Source: Gammaproteobacteria bacterium
GTDB lineage: Bacteria > Pseudomonadota > Gammaproteobacteria > Eutrophobiales > Eutrophobiaceae
Length of the DNA: 64,000 nucleotides
Assembly: GCA_965116495.1 (NCBI GenBank)
Contig: OZ220696.1
Coordinates: 352,001 to 416,000 of the forward strand
Reading direction: 5' to 3'
Shown: piece by piece, positions 18,627 through 28,731 of the stretch
Numbering within the stretch: position 1 is the first letter of the stretch
How the letters are laid out: the number at the start of each line of letters is the position of its first letter
Translations under genes and position numbers: made by a program
The notes under the pieces: generated by a model
Told to the model about the DNA's origin: nothing
Databases searched by the model: none
What the model saw: only the letters and a program-made list of their open reading frames with translations

Positions 18627-20990
18627 TTAAAATCGCACTTCACCGGTCAGGTACCATTCACGATCACGCGCGAGGACTTCTGAACCAACACCCGCTGAGT
18701 TTGCCAGTTCGTTGTAATGTACGTAGCGTAAATCGCCGATATTATTCACATAAAAAGTCAGCGCATATTTCTCATCAGCGCTATTCCAGGCGATGTTGGC
18801 GTTGTACAGGCTATAAGACTTCTGGGTTTCGTGGTCAGCGTTATTACCGCCAAAAAATACTTTACTGCGAAAAGTCCAGTCTACCCGCGGCGTCAATGTG
18901 CCCATATCACCCAAACCAAATTCTTTGATGATAGAGGCGCTCCCTGTCCATCTCGGCACATGTGGGAGCCGATCGCCATCGGCAGGTCCGCCAATGGCCG
19001 TCGCTGCAGGATCGGCTTTGGTAATGTTGGCATCAAGGTGACCGATGGTCGCTTCAACAAACCAGGTATCAACCGGCACCCAACGCGCTTCAAGTTCAAA
19101 ACCTTTGACCTCGGCCTCACCGGCATTTTCCAGTATCGGTGCAATACCCCGGAAAACCTCCAGTTGAATGTCGGTATAATCGGCATAAAACGCGGCGGCA
19201 TTCAATATGAAGCTATCATTTGGACTGCTGTATTTAAAGCCTATCTCGTAAGAATCCACAAATTCCGGGTCATAGCTGGGCGCGCCGGGCAACTCTCCGG
19301 CAATGCGTTGTTGAAAGCCACCGCCCTTGAAACCTTCCGAATAAGTGGCATAAGTCATCAGGCTGTCGTTCCAGTCGTAAGACAGGTTCACCATGGGTGT
19401 CCAATCATCTGCATTGGCCTTATAGGTGCCAAGGGGAATAATCTGAAAAGTCGGCTGACCCGGCGCGAATATGGGAACAACAACCTGTTGCCCATCGACC
19501 ACGATGAATTCCTTGTTGTCCTTGGTATAACGAATACCTGCCGTCAGGTGCAGTTTTTCGGTAATGTCGTAAGTGGCCTGGGCAAAACCGGCCTTGCTTT
19601 CGTTATCATAATAACCACCACTTTCAATATCCAGGCTTACAAAATCAACGGCATTATTGTTAACGCCATCTTCGTTGAAGTAGTAAAACCCCAGGATCCA
19701 CTTTAACCTGTCGCCGAACGAATTACCCTGTAATTGCAGCTCCTGCGATATCTGCTCCTGTTTGAATTCGTCCCTGATGTAGGAGAGAAAAAAAGGACTG
19801 TAGTCACCATCCTGGGAAAAATTACTGTCAAGATTACGATAAGCTGTAATCGATCTGATGCTCATGTTATCGGTAATTGCCCAGTCAATCGTCCCGGAGA
19901 TACCATAAGTGTCTGCATCATAAAATTGAGGATGCCCTGAGGTATTTTGTCCAATGCCGATAGTATCAAAATTGACACAATTCGCATTGGTGCCGGCGGG
20001 GTTGCGAAATGTTGCATCACAACCTGTCGCCCGGCCTGGCGGTAACGCGAATTGAGGGATAGGGCTGTTTATCCCGAGGAAGACGTTATGGCCAAATGGA
20101 GCACTCCCAACGCTGCTGGGGCTGGTTGGCCCTGAGAAAGTGATCAGGTTGTTGGTATCCGAATCAGTCACTCTGCCCTGGCCATTTTCCCTGTCCCGGG
20201 AATAGTCGCCGGTAATATTGATTTCCACATTATTATTCACCAGCCAGCGCAGTGCACCGCGAAAGGCCAGAGTGTCATCGTCATTGGTATCCTGACCCGT
20301 TATCGGGTTGACGACATAGCCATCCTGGTTCAAGGTAGCAAGGGTTACAGAGGCAAAAAGATTATCTGCCAGAGCGCCATTCACTTTGGCCGTCAAATCC
20401 ATACGATCATCCGATCCCACTTTTCCCCGCAGCTTGACCTCAAATTCCTCGTGGGGTTTAACGGTATGAATATTCACGGCGCCGCCGATGGTGTTGCGGC
20501 CGAACAGGGTACCCTGTGGACCACGCAAGACTTCCACACGTTCTATATCGATCAAATCCAGTACTGAACCTACACTGCGCGCCAGATAGTTGCCGTCTAC
20601 GTAGAGTCCGACACCAGCGTCTGTAGTAGGTACATGGTCGGTTTGCCCGACGCCACGAATATAAACTGATACGTTGTTATTGCTGCCACCATTGGTGTTG
20701 ATATTGGAAAAGGTCATATTCGGCGTAATTGTGCCAATACGGTCGAGTTGGTCTATGCCCCGTGCCGCAAGACTTTCGCCACTGAAAGCGGAAACCGCTA
20801 TGGGCGTATTCTGGACATTTTCCTCCCTTTTTCTGGCGGTCACGACAATCTCATCCATTAATGCGTCGATCCCACTCTGGCTCTCCTGCGCAAACCCGGG
20901 AAATACAAACAAAATGGAGAGAAGGCCTGCCCCAAGACCTTTGAAAGATAAATTCAGAATGGTTGCAAGCCGGCAATAGATGCTATTCAT
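18627..20990 (-). CDS. TonB-dependent receptor
   Basis: EIVVTARKREE TonB box region, IERVEVLRGPQGTLFGRN plug motif, terminal F. Confidence 0.95.
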   Translation of the reverse strand: MNSIYCRLATILNLSFKGLGAGLLSILFVFPGFAQESQSGIDALMDEIVVTARKREENVQNTPIAVSAFSGESLAARGIDQLDRIGTITPNMTFSNINTNGGSNNNVSVYIRGVGQTDHVPTTDAGVGLYVDGNYLARSVGSVLDLIDIERVEVLRGPQGTLFGRNTIGGAVNIHTVKPHEEFEVKLRGKVGSDDRMDLTAKVNGALADNLFASVTLATLNQDGYVVNPITGQDTNDDDTLAFRGALRWLVNNNVEINITGDYSRDRENGQGRVTDSDTNNLITFSGPTSPSSVGSAPFGHNVFLGINSPIPQFALPPGRATGCDATFRNPAGTNANCVNFDTIGIGQNTSGHPQFYDADTYGISGTIDWAITDNMSIRSITAYRNLDSNFSQDGDYSPFFLSYIRDEFKQEQISQELQLQGNSFGDRLKWILGFYYFNEDGVNNNAVDFVSLDIESGGYYDNESKAGFAQATYDITEKLHLTAGIRYTKDNKEFIVVDGQQVVVPIFAPGQPTFQIIPLGTYKANADDWTPMVNLSYDWNDSLMTYATYSEGFKGGGFQQRIAGELPGAPSYDPEFVDSYEIGFKYSSPNDSFILNAAAFYADYTDIQLEVFRGIAPILENAGEAEVKGFELEARWVPVDTWFVEATIGHLDANITKADPAATAIGGPADGDRLPHVPRWTGSASIIKEFGLGDMGTLTPRVDWTFRSKVFFGGNNADHETQKSYSLYNANIAWNSADEKYALTFYVNNIGDLRYVHYNELANSAGVGSEVLARDREWYLTGEVRF

Positions 20991-21186
20991 GATTTTAAAC
21001 CCCCCGCTAGTGTTTAGCCCCGAAATTTAAGCTCCAATAACCTTGACAGGTCATGGTCTGGTGATAACAGTAACTCTCCCTATACCAATAATAGTAGTTT
21101 TATAATTGTCTTATAGCATATATCATTTTGTATAAAATATTCTATCTGAAATCGCGTAAGTCGACTATTCCCGGTATACATAAAAA

Positions 21187-21951
21187 ATGTTGAAATCACT
21201 AAATCCAGTCACTCTTCCAGACAGTTCCTGTCATGACCTTTGTGCTGCAGCAAATAACCGGAATTACCGGATATTCGCGGGAGGCGTTCGATACGGCCAG
21301 GTGGAAGCTATCCCTCGACCACTGATATTTGTGCTGGATGGGAACTGGCTGTTTGCATCCGTGTATGAATATTTGCGTACGCTTTCTATCTTTGACCCAT
21401 CAATCGGAGGCCCGGTCATCGTGGGAATTGGTTACCCCACCGATGATACCGGTACGCTGTTACGACTTCGAAAACGTGACCTGGATCCGAAACCGGATAA
21501 TATCAACAATGTCGGGCAATTTCTGACATTTATTGTTGAGGATGTCCTGACTTTTTTACAAAGTGAACTGGGCATTGTACCAGGCAAGAAAATACTGGCA
21601 GGTCATTCCATGGGAGGGTCATTCGCCCTTTTTGCAATGGGTTCGAAAAAAGCCGGAATTGACGGATTTCTGGCAAGCAGTCCACCCATCCTCGGCACGG
21701 TGTTGGAAAAAATAGATCAGCATGTCCGCAATATCGCAATCACAAAAGAGGTAAAATTATTTTGCAGTCTCGGCGCCGACGAAGCTGTAAAGTTTCCTCA
21801 TATCAGTTCCGGATTTCCTCTACTGATAGAATCGCTGGAGCAATTTGCGCCTGAAAACCTACGCTACAGGCATGTCATTTTCGAGGGTGAAAATCACAGC
21901 AGTATTACACTTGTCGCATTATCAAAAGGTCTGCGTTATCTCCTCACATGA
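21187..21951 (+). CDS. Alpha/beta hydrolase (IroE/YuiI-like esterase)
   Basis: VLDGN, VGIGYP, GHSMGG nucleophile elbow and GENH motifs. Confidence 0.85.
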   Translation: MLKSLNPVTLPDSSCHDLCAAANNRNYRIFAGGVRYGQVEAIPRPLIFVLDGNWLFASVYEYLRTLSIFDPSIGGPVIVGIGYPTDDTGTLLRLRKRDLDPKPDNINNVGQFLTFIVEDVLTFLQSELGIVPGKKILAGHSMGGSFALFAMGSKKAGIDGFLASSPPILGTVLEKIDQHVRNIAITKEVKLFCSLGADEAVKFPHISSGFPLLIESLEQFAPENLRYRHVIFEGENHSSITLVALSKGLRYLLT

Positions 21952-22090
21952 TCTATCCCCGCCTGTAAACGCCAGGCAGGTTCCCCATATAGGGAAATAC
22001 TGAATTTTTCCTTTGGATTGCTGGTGCGTTATTCCGGATTGGTTTATCATTCGTATCGGAAGTATGTTTAACATTTAGCAGGAGCTTATC

Positions 22091-22564
22091 GTGGCAAGAT
22101 CCGTTGCAACTACATCAGCAGCACAGAGGTTGGTATTTCAAAATTTTCTGCCTTGTCGATTCAAGGCGATTAATGAGCGAAACTTAAGGCTGCTTGCCGA
22201 TACACATGAAAGCCTGGGGATATCCGCTCCGGAATTCAACATTATGGTTATTTTATCGGAGCATGATGACGTTTCATCCAGAGAGATCAATAAGATAAAC
22301 GGAATGGATAAAGCCACCATTACCCGGGCACTCGGCCGTCTCATCGACAAGAAGTTTATTTCTCGCACCAGAAGCAAAACGGATAGTCGACTCATCAAAT
22401 TAAAACTTACGGCCAAAGGTAAGCGAACGTTCGGTCAGATAGAGGAAAATGCACTGGCCTGGGAACGTGAATTAGTCCGGAACATCAAGTTGACAGATCT
22501 GAATAAGCTTTATGCCATATTAGATAAGATCGATGCTAATCTTGACAGGTTGGACGAAAGTTAA
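22091..22564 (+). CDS. MarR family transcriptional regulator
   Basis: MDKATITRAL...DSR...LTAKG winged helix. Confidence 0.9.
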   Translation: MARSVATTSAAQRLVFQNFLPCRFKAINERNLRLLADTHESLGISAPEFNIMVILSEHDDVSSREINKINGMDKATITRALGRLIDKKFISRTRSKTDSRLIKLKLTAKGKRTFGQIEENALAWERELVRNIKLTDLNKLYAILDKIDANLDRLDES

Positions 22565-22782
22565 AACTTGATGTCGTAAAGCATAGAGCAGGGTATGGAG
22601 TGGGGCGAAACCGGAGGGGTTTTTTTACGATCTCTGTCCTGCAACTCCGCTCGTTCCATGCCGCGCTCGTGAAAGGTTCTTTTTATTTTCCTGAAAGTGG
22701 CGTCATCGATTTTATCAGCGAGGCCGATACCCAAAACTTCTGTTCCTACCGCTTCGCTCAGTGCGTTGAAAGTGATGCCCAT
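22561..22782 (-). pseudogene. TauD/TfdA dioxygenase N-terminal fragment
   Basis: ITFNALSEAVGTEVLGIGLA...FHERG resembles the first ~40 aa of TauD, then similarity is lost. Confidence 0.55.
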
Positions 22783-22825
22783 GCCGGGTTACCTCGATGA
22801 AGTGGATGGTCCGGATACGGACACT

Positions 22826-23851
22826 TCAGTTTCTCAGCAATGGCATGACCTCAGCCCCGAACCGCTGCAGTTCTTCCAGCGTGGGATGAAACTGCAGCAG
22901 GAACGTCTCGATGCCCAGCGACTCAAACTGCCGCAAGCGTTCGGCAATCATTTCCGGTGTGCCCACCAGTCCTGCCATCGTGCCGCCGTTGGTGCCCACT
23001 TTTTCCTGGTCATGGGGCTGTACCTGGTGCATTACCACTTGTTTGTCTGCCCCCTTGATTTGCATGTGGCGTAATGCCAGCAGGCGCTGGAATTCCTCGT
23101 TTGCCGCGGTCTCCGTTTCCCGGCAGATGACAAACCCGCCCATCCCGAAGCGAATCGTACGGCCGTGTTTTTGCGCCCGCTCCTTCATGTTGGTCACGAG
23201 TTCCGGAAATTGATCCGGCGGCCTGCCGTTCATGACAAAAATATCGGCGGCCCGCGCACCCAGGGCCCGGCCCTGTTCCGATTCGCCGCCGATGTAGATC
23301 GGGATGTGCGGCTGTTGCACCGAGCGCGGGGCAATGGAGGCGTTCTTTATCCGGTAGTACTCACCGTCGAAACTGAAATTGTTACGGGTCCACAGGCCCC
23401 TGAGGATATCGATGTATTCAGCGGCACGGGCGTAGCGATCATCGTGCGCCAGCACCGGCACGCCAAGCATCTCGTATTCAGGTGGCCACCAGGCAGACAC
23501 CAGGTTTATCGCGAAGCGGCCCCGGCTGATTTGGTCGATACTGTTCGCCATTTTTGCGATAACACCGGGTGCCCGCAGACCGGGTTTTACCGCCGCGATG
23601 ATTTCGATTCTTGACGTCAGTGCGGCCAGCCCGGCCGCGCTGGTCCAGGCATCGACCATATCCAGCGTCGCGCCAATGGGATGTATGAAGTGCTCGGCAA
23701 GCAACAGGGTGTCAAATCCCAGTTGTTCCGCCAGCAGGGTCGTCTCCTTCACGTATTCGTAGGAGGCCGTACCCTGATCATGGGCATCGGTCATGATCCA
23801 GTTACCGTAAACCGGCGGCCAGAAACCAAGTCGCATTGCGCTCATATCCAT
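22826..23851 (-). CDS. LLM-class flavin-dependent monooxygenase (SsuD/SfnG-like)
   Basis: AEQLGFD, AAVKPG, SRGRFAINLVS, YIGGES and GLVGTPE motifs. Confidence 0.88.
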   Translation of the reverse strand: MDMSAMRLGFWPPVYGNWIMTDAHDQGTASYEYVKETTLLAEQLGFDTLLLAEHFIHPIGATLDMVDAWTSAAGLAALTSRIEIIAAVKPGLRAPGVIAKMANSIDQISRGRFAINLVSAWWPPEYEMLGVPVLAHDDRYARAAEYIDILRGLWTRNNFSFDGEYYRIKNASIAPRSVQQPHIPIYIGGESEQGRALGARAADIFVMNGRPPDQFPELVTNMKERAQKHGRTIRFGMGGFVICRETETAANEEFQRLLALRHMQIKGADKQVVMHQVQPHDQEKVGTNGGTMAGLVGTPEMIAERLRQFESLGIETFLLQFHPTLEELQRFGAEVMPLLRN

Positions 23852-24008
23852 TTTTCTCCCGGTTCTTCAGTTGAAATCCAACTCTGAATTATACTGGTAG
23901 AAACCTCATATCCAAGTTACGATAAACCTGATTGCAATACTGTAATTTATCAGGTTTGCGGGCGGTGTTGCCATATATTGTAGACAATAAACTGGTTGAG
24001 GCAGGCTT

Positions 24009-26276
24009 ATGAAGGGGAACCATGTCCCCGTCCTGAAAGATCTGGTGCTGGTAGGCGGTGGGCATGCTCACGTCACCGTGTTGAAAAAGCTGGGCATGAA
24101 ACCCATGCCGGGTGTACGCGTGACGTTGATTTGCCGGGATTTGCAGGCGCCATATTCCGGCATGTTGCCGGGGTTGATTGCCGGACACTATACGTTTGAC
24201 GAAGCGCATATTGACCTGGTTCCCTTATGCCGGTTTGCCGGCGCGCGGTTTTTTCACGATGAAGTGGTTGGCCTGGACACGGAAAATAAAAGGCTGCTCT
24301 GCCGTGACCGGCCGGACCTGGGTTACGACGTGCTGTCAATTAACGTCGGCTCAGCCCCTGATATCTCTGCCGTCCCCGGCGCTGTTGCCAATGTAACGCC
24401 GGTCAAGCCCATCGATGGTTTTGTCGACAACTGGCGCAGCCTGTGTGAGCGGATATTGACACGCCGGGGTGGTGTGCGGATCGGCATCGTCGGCGCGGGA
24501 GCGGGCGGCGTTGAGTTGACGCTTGCGGTGCAGTACCGGCTGAAACAGCTACTGGCCGGGAAATGGCCGGACAACGCCGACCCAGAATTTCACCTGTTTA
24601 CCGATGCCGCTGATGTCCTGGTCACACATAATCGATTTGTGCGCGCCAAATTTCGACGCGTTCTTGCCGAGCGGGATATCAACGTCCATACGGGACACGA
24701 GGTGGTCGAAGTCCGGCCCGGCGCGCTGCAATGCGCCAACGGCGCAACCTTTAACCTGGATGAGATCCTGTGGGTGACCATGGCCCGTGCCCAGCCGTGG
24801 CCGGCAAAAGCCGGTCTTGATGTTGACGCACAGGGATTTATCAAGGTCAGCGATACGCTTGAGTCCGTGTCCCATCCGGACATCTTTGCGGCCGGCGATA
24901 TCGCCCACATGGTCAATCATCCCCGGCCCAAATCCGGCGTGTTTGCCGTTCGTCAGGGGCCGCCCCTGTCATTGAATGTCCGGCGCAGGTTACTGGGCCG
25001 GCGCCTGAAACCCTTTTTCCCGCAAAAAGAATTTCTCAGCCTGATTTCCACCGGGGATAAATATGCCGTCGCATCACGCTCCTGGTGGGCGCTGGAAGGA
25101 CACTGGGTGTGGCGCTGGAAAGACTGGATAGATCGCCGCTTCATGCGCAAGTTCAACCAGCTTCCGGATATGAAAGAACAGGTTCGGCAGGATATTCCAC
25201 GCGGTCTGGTTGACGAGGACGCGATCAGGGAGATATCTGCCATTGCCATGCGTTGTGGCGGCTGCGGTTCAAAGGTGGGCGCTACGGTGCTTGAAAACGC
25301 ACTGGCAGGCCTCGAACCGGTTTCCCGGGATGATGTGCTCATCGGCCTGCGCGAGCCTGATGATGCTGCCGTGGCGAGTGTGCCTGACGGTAAGGTAATG
25401 GTGCACACGGTCGATTCCTTTCGGTCGTTTCTCGATGATCCCTATATCTTCGGCCAGGTCGCGGTAAATCATGCGCTGAGTGATCTATACGCGATGGGTG
25501 CGGAACCACAAACGGCACTGGCTATCGTGACCGTCCCCTACGCGGATGAAAAGAAGGTTGAGGAACTGCTTGCGCAAATGCTGCAGGGCGCCCTCAAGGT
25601 ATTGAATGAGTCAGGCACCGCGCTGGTCGGCGGGCATACCAGCGAAGGGGAGGAGTTGTCCCTGGGTTTTTCCGTGAACGGCCTGATTGATCGTGACAAA
25701 ATCCTGCACAAGAGCGGCCTGCGCGCAGGCGATCGAATCCTGTTGACCAAGCCCATCGGTACCGGAACCCTGTTTGCTGCCGACATGCGTCACAAGGCAA
25801 AAGGGCCATGGATTACAGCCGCCCTGGACAGTATGCTGCAATCAAACCATGAAGCAGCGGGGTGCCTGTTCGCGCACGGGGCAACTGCGTGCACGGACGT
25901 GACCGGCTTCGGCCTGCTGGGACACCTGGTGGAAATGATTAAACCATCCCGCGTTGATGTCGAGATAGACCTGGGCGCTATCCCATTCCTGGACGGCGCG
26001 GAGGAGACGGTTGCAGCCGGCGTATTCAGTTCATTACAGCCCCAGAACCTGCGTTTGCGCCGCGCCATCCAGGATGTTGAAAGTGCATCAAGGGATCTGC
26101 GCTACCCGTTGATATTCGATCCGCAAACTTCAGGCGGACTGCTTGCCGGTGTCCCGGAAGAGCAGGCCGATGCCTGTCTCGGCGAATTGCGCAAGCTGGG
26201 CTACACCCGCACTGCGACTATCGGCAGGGTGCTGCAGGAGAGCGATCACCTGGAGCCGGTGAAGTTAGTATTCTGA
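24009..26276 (+). CDS. selD: Selenide, water dikinase fused to an N-terminal FAD/NAD(P) oxidoreductase (SenC/SelD fusion)
   Basis: N-terminal LVLVGGGHAH, GAGAGGVE and FAAGD. C-terminal MRCGGCGSKVG, DDAAV, SDLYAMG, GGHT, TDVTGFGLLGH and DPQTSGGLL. Confidence 0.93.
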   Translation: MKGNHVPVLKDLVLVGGGHAHVTVLKKLGMKPMPGVRVTLICRDLQAPYSGMLPGLIAGHYTFDEAHIDLVPLCRFAGARFFHDEVVGLDTENKRLLCRDRPDLGYDVLSINVGSAPDISAVPGAVANVTPVKPIDGFVDNWRSLCERILTRRGGVRIGIVGAGAGGVELTLAVQYRLKQLLAGKWPDNADPEFHLFTDAADVLVTHNRFVRAKFRRVLAERDINVHTGHEVVEVRPGALQCANGATFNLDEILWVTMARAQPWPAKAGLDVDAQGFIKVSDTLESVSHPDIFAAGDIAHMVNHPRPKSGVFAVRQGPPLSLNVRRRLLGRRLKPFFPQKEFLSLISTGDKYAVASRSWWALEGHWVWRWKDWIDRRFMRKFNQLPDMKEQVRQDIPRGLVDEDAIREISAIAMRCGGCGSKVGATVLENALAGLEPVSRDDVLIGLREPDDAAVASVPDGKVMVHTVDSFRSFLDDPYIFGQVAVNHALSDLYAMGAEPQTALAIVTVPYADEKKVEELLAQMLQGALKVLNESGTALVGGHTSEGEELSLGFSVNGLIDRDKILHKSGLRAGDRILLTKPIGTGTLFAADMRHKAKGPWITAALDSMLQSNHEAAGCLFAHGATACTDVTGFGLLGHLVEMIKPSRVDVEIDLGAIPFLDGAEETVAAGVFSSLQPQNLRLRRAIQDVESASRDLRYPLIFDPQTSGGLLAGVPEEQADACLGELRKLGYTRTATIGRVLQESDHLEPVKLVF

Positions 26277-26350
26277 AGTCAAAGACTATTGTAGAAGGTT
26301 AAGATTAGGGGATAAGGGCACAAATCAAGCTTGGGTGGTATGTGTCGAGT

Positions 26351-27532
26351 TCATTGGGTATGATTGGCAAGCTCCCGCGCCATATCGCCTACACTGATTA
26401 CCTCAACGCTCTCTGTTTTCAGGTAGCGCTCCTGTCCGGAATAAACGATAAAGGAGCGTTCGGGTTTAATATCCGCTCGTGCGTGATAGAAGCCTTTTTC
26501 AAGCCGAGGCGCCAGGCCTCGCTTGATTTCAACAGCCCAGAAGTGACCGCCGGGCATTTCCAGAAGCAGGTCGATTTCTGCGCCTGCCGCGCTACGGTAG
26601 AAGCTCGCTCTTACCCGATCAGGGGCGTGGTTAAGAAGGTTTTCCAACACGAAACCTTCCCAGCTTCCGCCAGCAACGGGATGACCGAGTACACTTTCCT
26701 GGTTGTCCAGTCGCAGCAGCGCATGAACGATACCGCTATCACGCACGTAAATCTTCGGAGATTTGACCAGTCGTTTGCCAAAGTTTGCATGGAAAGGTGG
26801 TAAGCGTCGTACCAGCAGCAGGTCGACCATTAAATCGAGATAGCGCATTATGGTTTTTCCATCGACTGCAAGCGCGCGGGCAAGTTGCGCCGCGTTAAAC
26901 AGGCCACTTTGTAAGTGTGCCAGCATCGTCCAGAAGCGGCGCAAGGTTTCTGCCGGAATCCTGGGTCCCAGTTGAGGTACGTCGCGCTCAAGGTAAGTGC
27001 GGATGAAGCTCTCCCGCCATATGGCGCTGTCGGCATCGCTATCTGCCAGAAAACTGTTGGGAAAACCACCCCTGGTCCATAGTTTTCCGTAATCAACTTC
27101 GTCAACTTCAAGAACGTCCAGAGGGCTGAGTTCTACAAAGACAATGCGGCCGGCCAGAGTCTCACCTGATTGCTGCAGGAGGTCGATGGAGGCTGATCCC
27201 AATAGCAGGAAACGCCCTGCATTCAGATTTCTCATTCTTCCCTTATCTATCAGGCCGCGCAGTGCCTGAAACAGGTCAGGACTGCGCTGGACTTCATCCA
27301 GGATCACCAGTTTGTCTTCATGCGCTGTCAGGTACGCGACGGGGTCGGCAAGTTTTTCGCGGTCGTGTCCCGCTTCAAGATCAAGGTATATGGCTTCACG
27401 GTCCGTAAGACCCAGTTGCGCGATGTGCTCAGCCAGAGTTGTTTTACCGGTCTGGCGCGGACCGAGCAGGGCAACAGCCGGAAATTGTTTCAGGCGGGAT
27501 AATATTGTCTGTAGTTTATGGCGATTTATCAT
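26351..27532 (-). CDS. AAA+ ATPase (AAA_14 + DUF4143 type)
   Basis: GPRQTGKTT Walker A, ILDEVQ Walker B, KSPKIYVRDSG and EIDLL...EIK. Confidence 0.9.
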   Translation of the reverse strand: MINRHKLQTILSRLKQFPAVALLGPRQTGKTTLAEHIAQLGLTDREAIYLDLEAGHDREKLADPVAYLTAHEDKLVILDEVQRSPDLFQALRGLIDKGRMRNLNAGRFLLLGSASIDLLQQSGETLAGRIVFVELSPLDVLEVDEVDYGKLWTRGGFPNSFLADSDADSAIWRESFIRTYLERDVPQLGPRIPAETLRRFWTMLAHLQSGLFNAAQLARALAVDGKTIMRYLDLMVDLLLVRRLPPFHANFGKRLVKSPKIYVRDSGIVHALLRLDNQESVLGHPVAGGSWEGFVLENLLNHAPDRVRASFYRSAAGAEIDLLLEMPGGHFWAVEIKRGLAPRLEKGFYHARADIKPERSFIVYSGQERYLKTESVEVISVGDMARELANHTQ

Positions 27533-27643
27533 CCTTGCAATTATGGCATGTTATGCCGAATATGCAAGGATAAATCCGAGTCTCTCGTTAGAATTAAGGA
27601 GTATGGAAAATTGTCAGCAAATACGTGTTGTAAATACTTGTAT

Positions 27644-28594
27644 TCAAAGATTATCCAACAGGGTTTGCCACTGCCTGCTCTCCCGTTCCGGGGTGAACAG
27701 GTATTTGCGTTCGTTTCCATGCTCGTGCAGGCGTTGCAGGAAGTTTTGGTCGGTTTCCGCCCGTTGTAACAGGGCGCATAATCCCCCGGTGTTTTCTACC
27801 GGGTAATAACCGGGATAATCCTCACCGAGCAGGCCGACGTTGCCGTCGATATCTGAGGCGATGACGGGCACACCTGCTACCAGAGCCTCGGAAATGACGT
27901 TGGCGCCGCCTTCCATGATCGAGCTGTGCACCAGTGCGTGCGTCTTCAAAAACTGCTCTCTTACCTGCCAGACGCCGACCTCGCCGCGCCAGTGATAACG
28001 GGGGTTTATCTCCATCTCGGCGCGCGCCTGTGCGGCCCATTCGTCGTTATGGGCCTTGCCGAGATGGATCACGCGCAGGCGGGACTGTTCCGGCAAGGTC
28101 CGGGCGGCATAGGCAGCTCTGAACGGGTCTTTTTCCTCCCGTAAATGACCGACCACACAGACATCGAAGGTAAGTATTGACGGACTGCGTGCGCGTTTCA
28201 ACGGCACTGCCGATTGATGGATCACGTGCAGTTTCTCCCGGTATGGTTCCGGTATTGCCCGGTACACCAGGTCGTGCAGGCATACCAGTGCATCAGCCAT
28301 TTCCATGGAACGCAGGGTTTCCTCCGGATGGCTGTGCTGGAAGCGGTAGATATCCGTACCGCTCAGGGCAACCACCAGGGGGCGCCCGGGGAACTGTTGG
28401 CGGTATCGTGCTATCGATGGGGCGCTGCGCCACGCGTGTATCGCTACCATTATATCGCCCGGCGTCCCGTCCCAGTCGGATTGAACAGTTATCCTGTGGC
28501 CGATATGCCGTAACAGCCGCTCCCAACGGGTGGCGGTCACGCGATTTCCCGTTTTCGATTGTTTTTTTGCAGGGGTAATCAGGATGATCTTCAT
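27644..28594 (-). CDS. senB: Selenosugar synthase, selenoneine biosynthesis glycosyltransferase
   Basis: GNRVTATRW, HAWRS, GTDIY, GHLREEKDP and SIMEGGANVISEA motifs; adjacent to selD and an EgtB-like gene. Confidence 0.9.
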   Translation of the reverse strand: MKIILITPAKKQSKTGNRVTATRWERLLRHIGHRITVQSDWDGTPGDIMVAIHAWRSAPSIARYRQQFPGRPLVVALSGTDIYRFQHSHPEETLRSMEMADALVCLHDLVYRAIPEPYREKLHVIHQSAVPLKRARSPSILTFDVCVVGHLREEKDPFRAAYAARTLPEQSRLRVIHLGKAHNDEWAAQARAEMEINPRYHWRGEVGVWQVREQFLKTHALVHSSIMEGGANVISEALVAGVPVIASDIDGNVGLLGEDYPGYYPVENTGGLCALLQRAETDQNFLQRLHEHGNERKYLFTPERESRQWQTLLDNL

Positions 28595-28648
28595 ACTCTT
28601 ACTTTAAGCTACAATATTCATGATGCAACCCCCAAACAGAACAGGGCA

Positions 28649-28699
28649 GGGGACAGATTTAAGCATGCCCCTGCATGTAGTAAGCAGGGGTCTGTCCCC
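28649..28699. repeat. Family B nested hairpin (~51 bp)
   Basis: ggggacaga...cccctgc...gcagggg-tctgtcccc. Its reverse complement matches the copy at 38985-39035. Confidence 0.8.
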
Positions 28700-28731
28700 G
28701 GGTGCTCTCCACACTTTAAGCGACAAAAACC

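Noticed and set aside
25240-25280. Sec-containing SelD
   Set aside because: The active-site region is MRCGGCGSK, encoded by Cys codons with no in-frame TGA.
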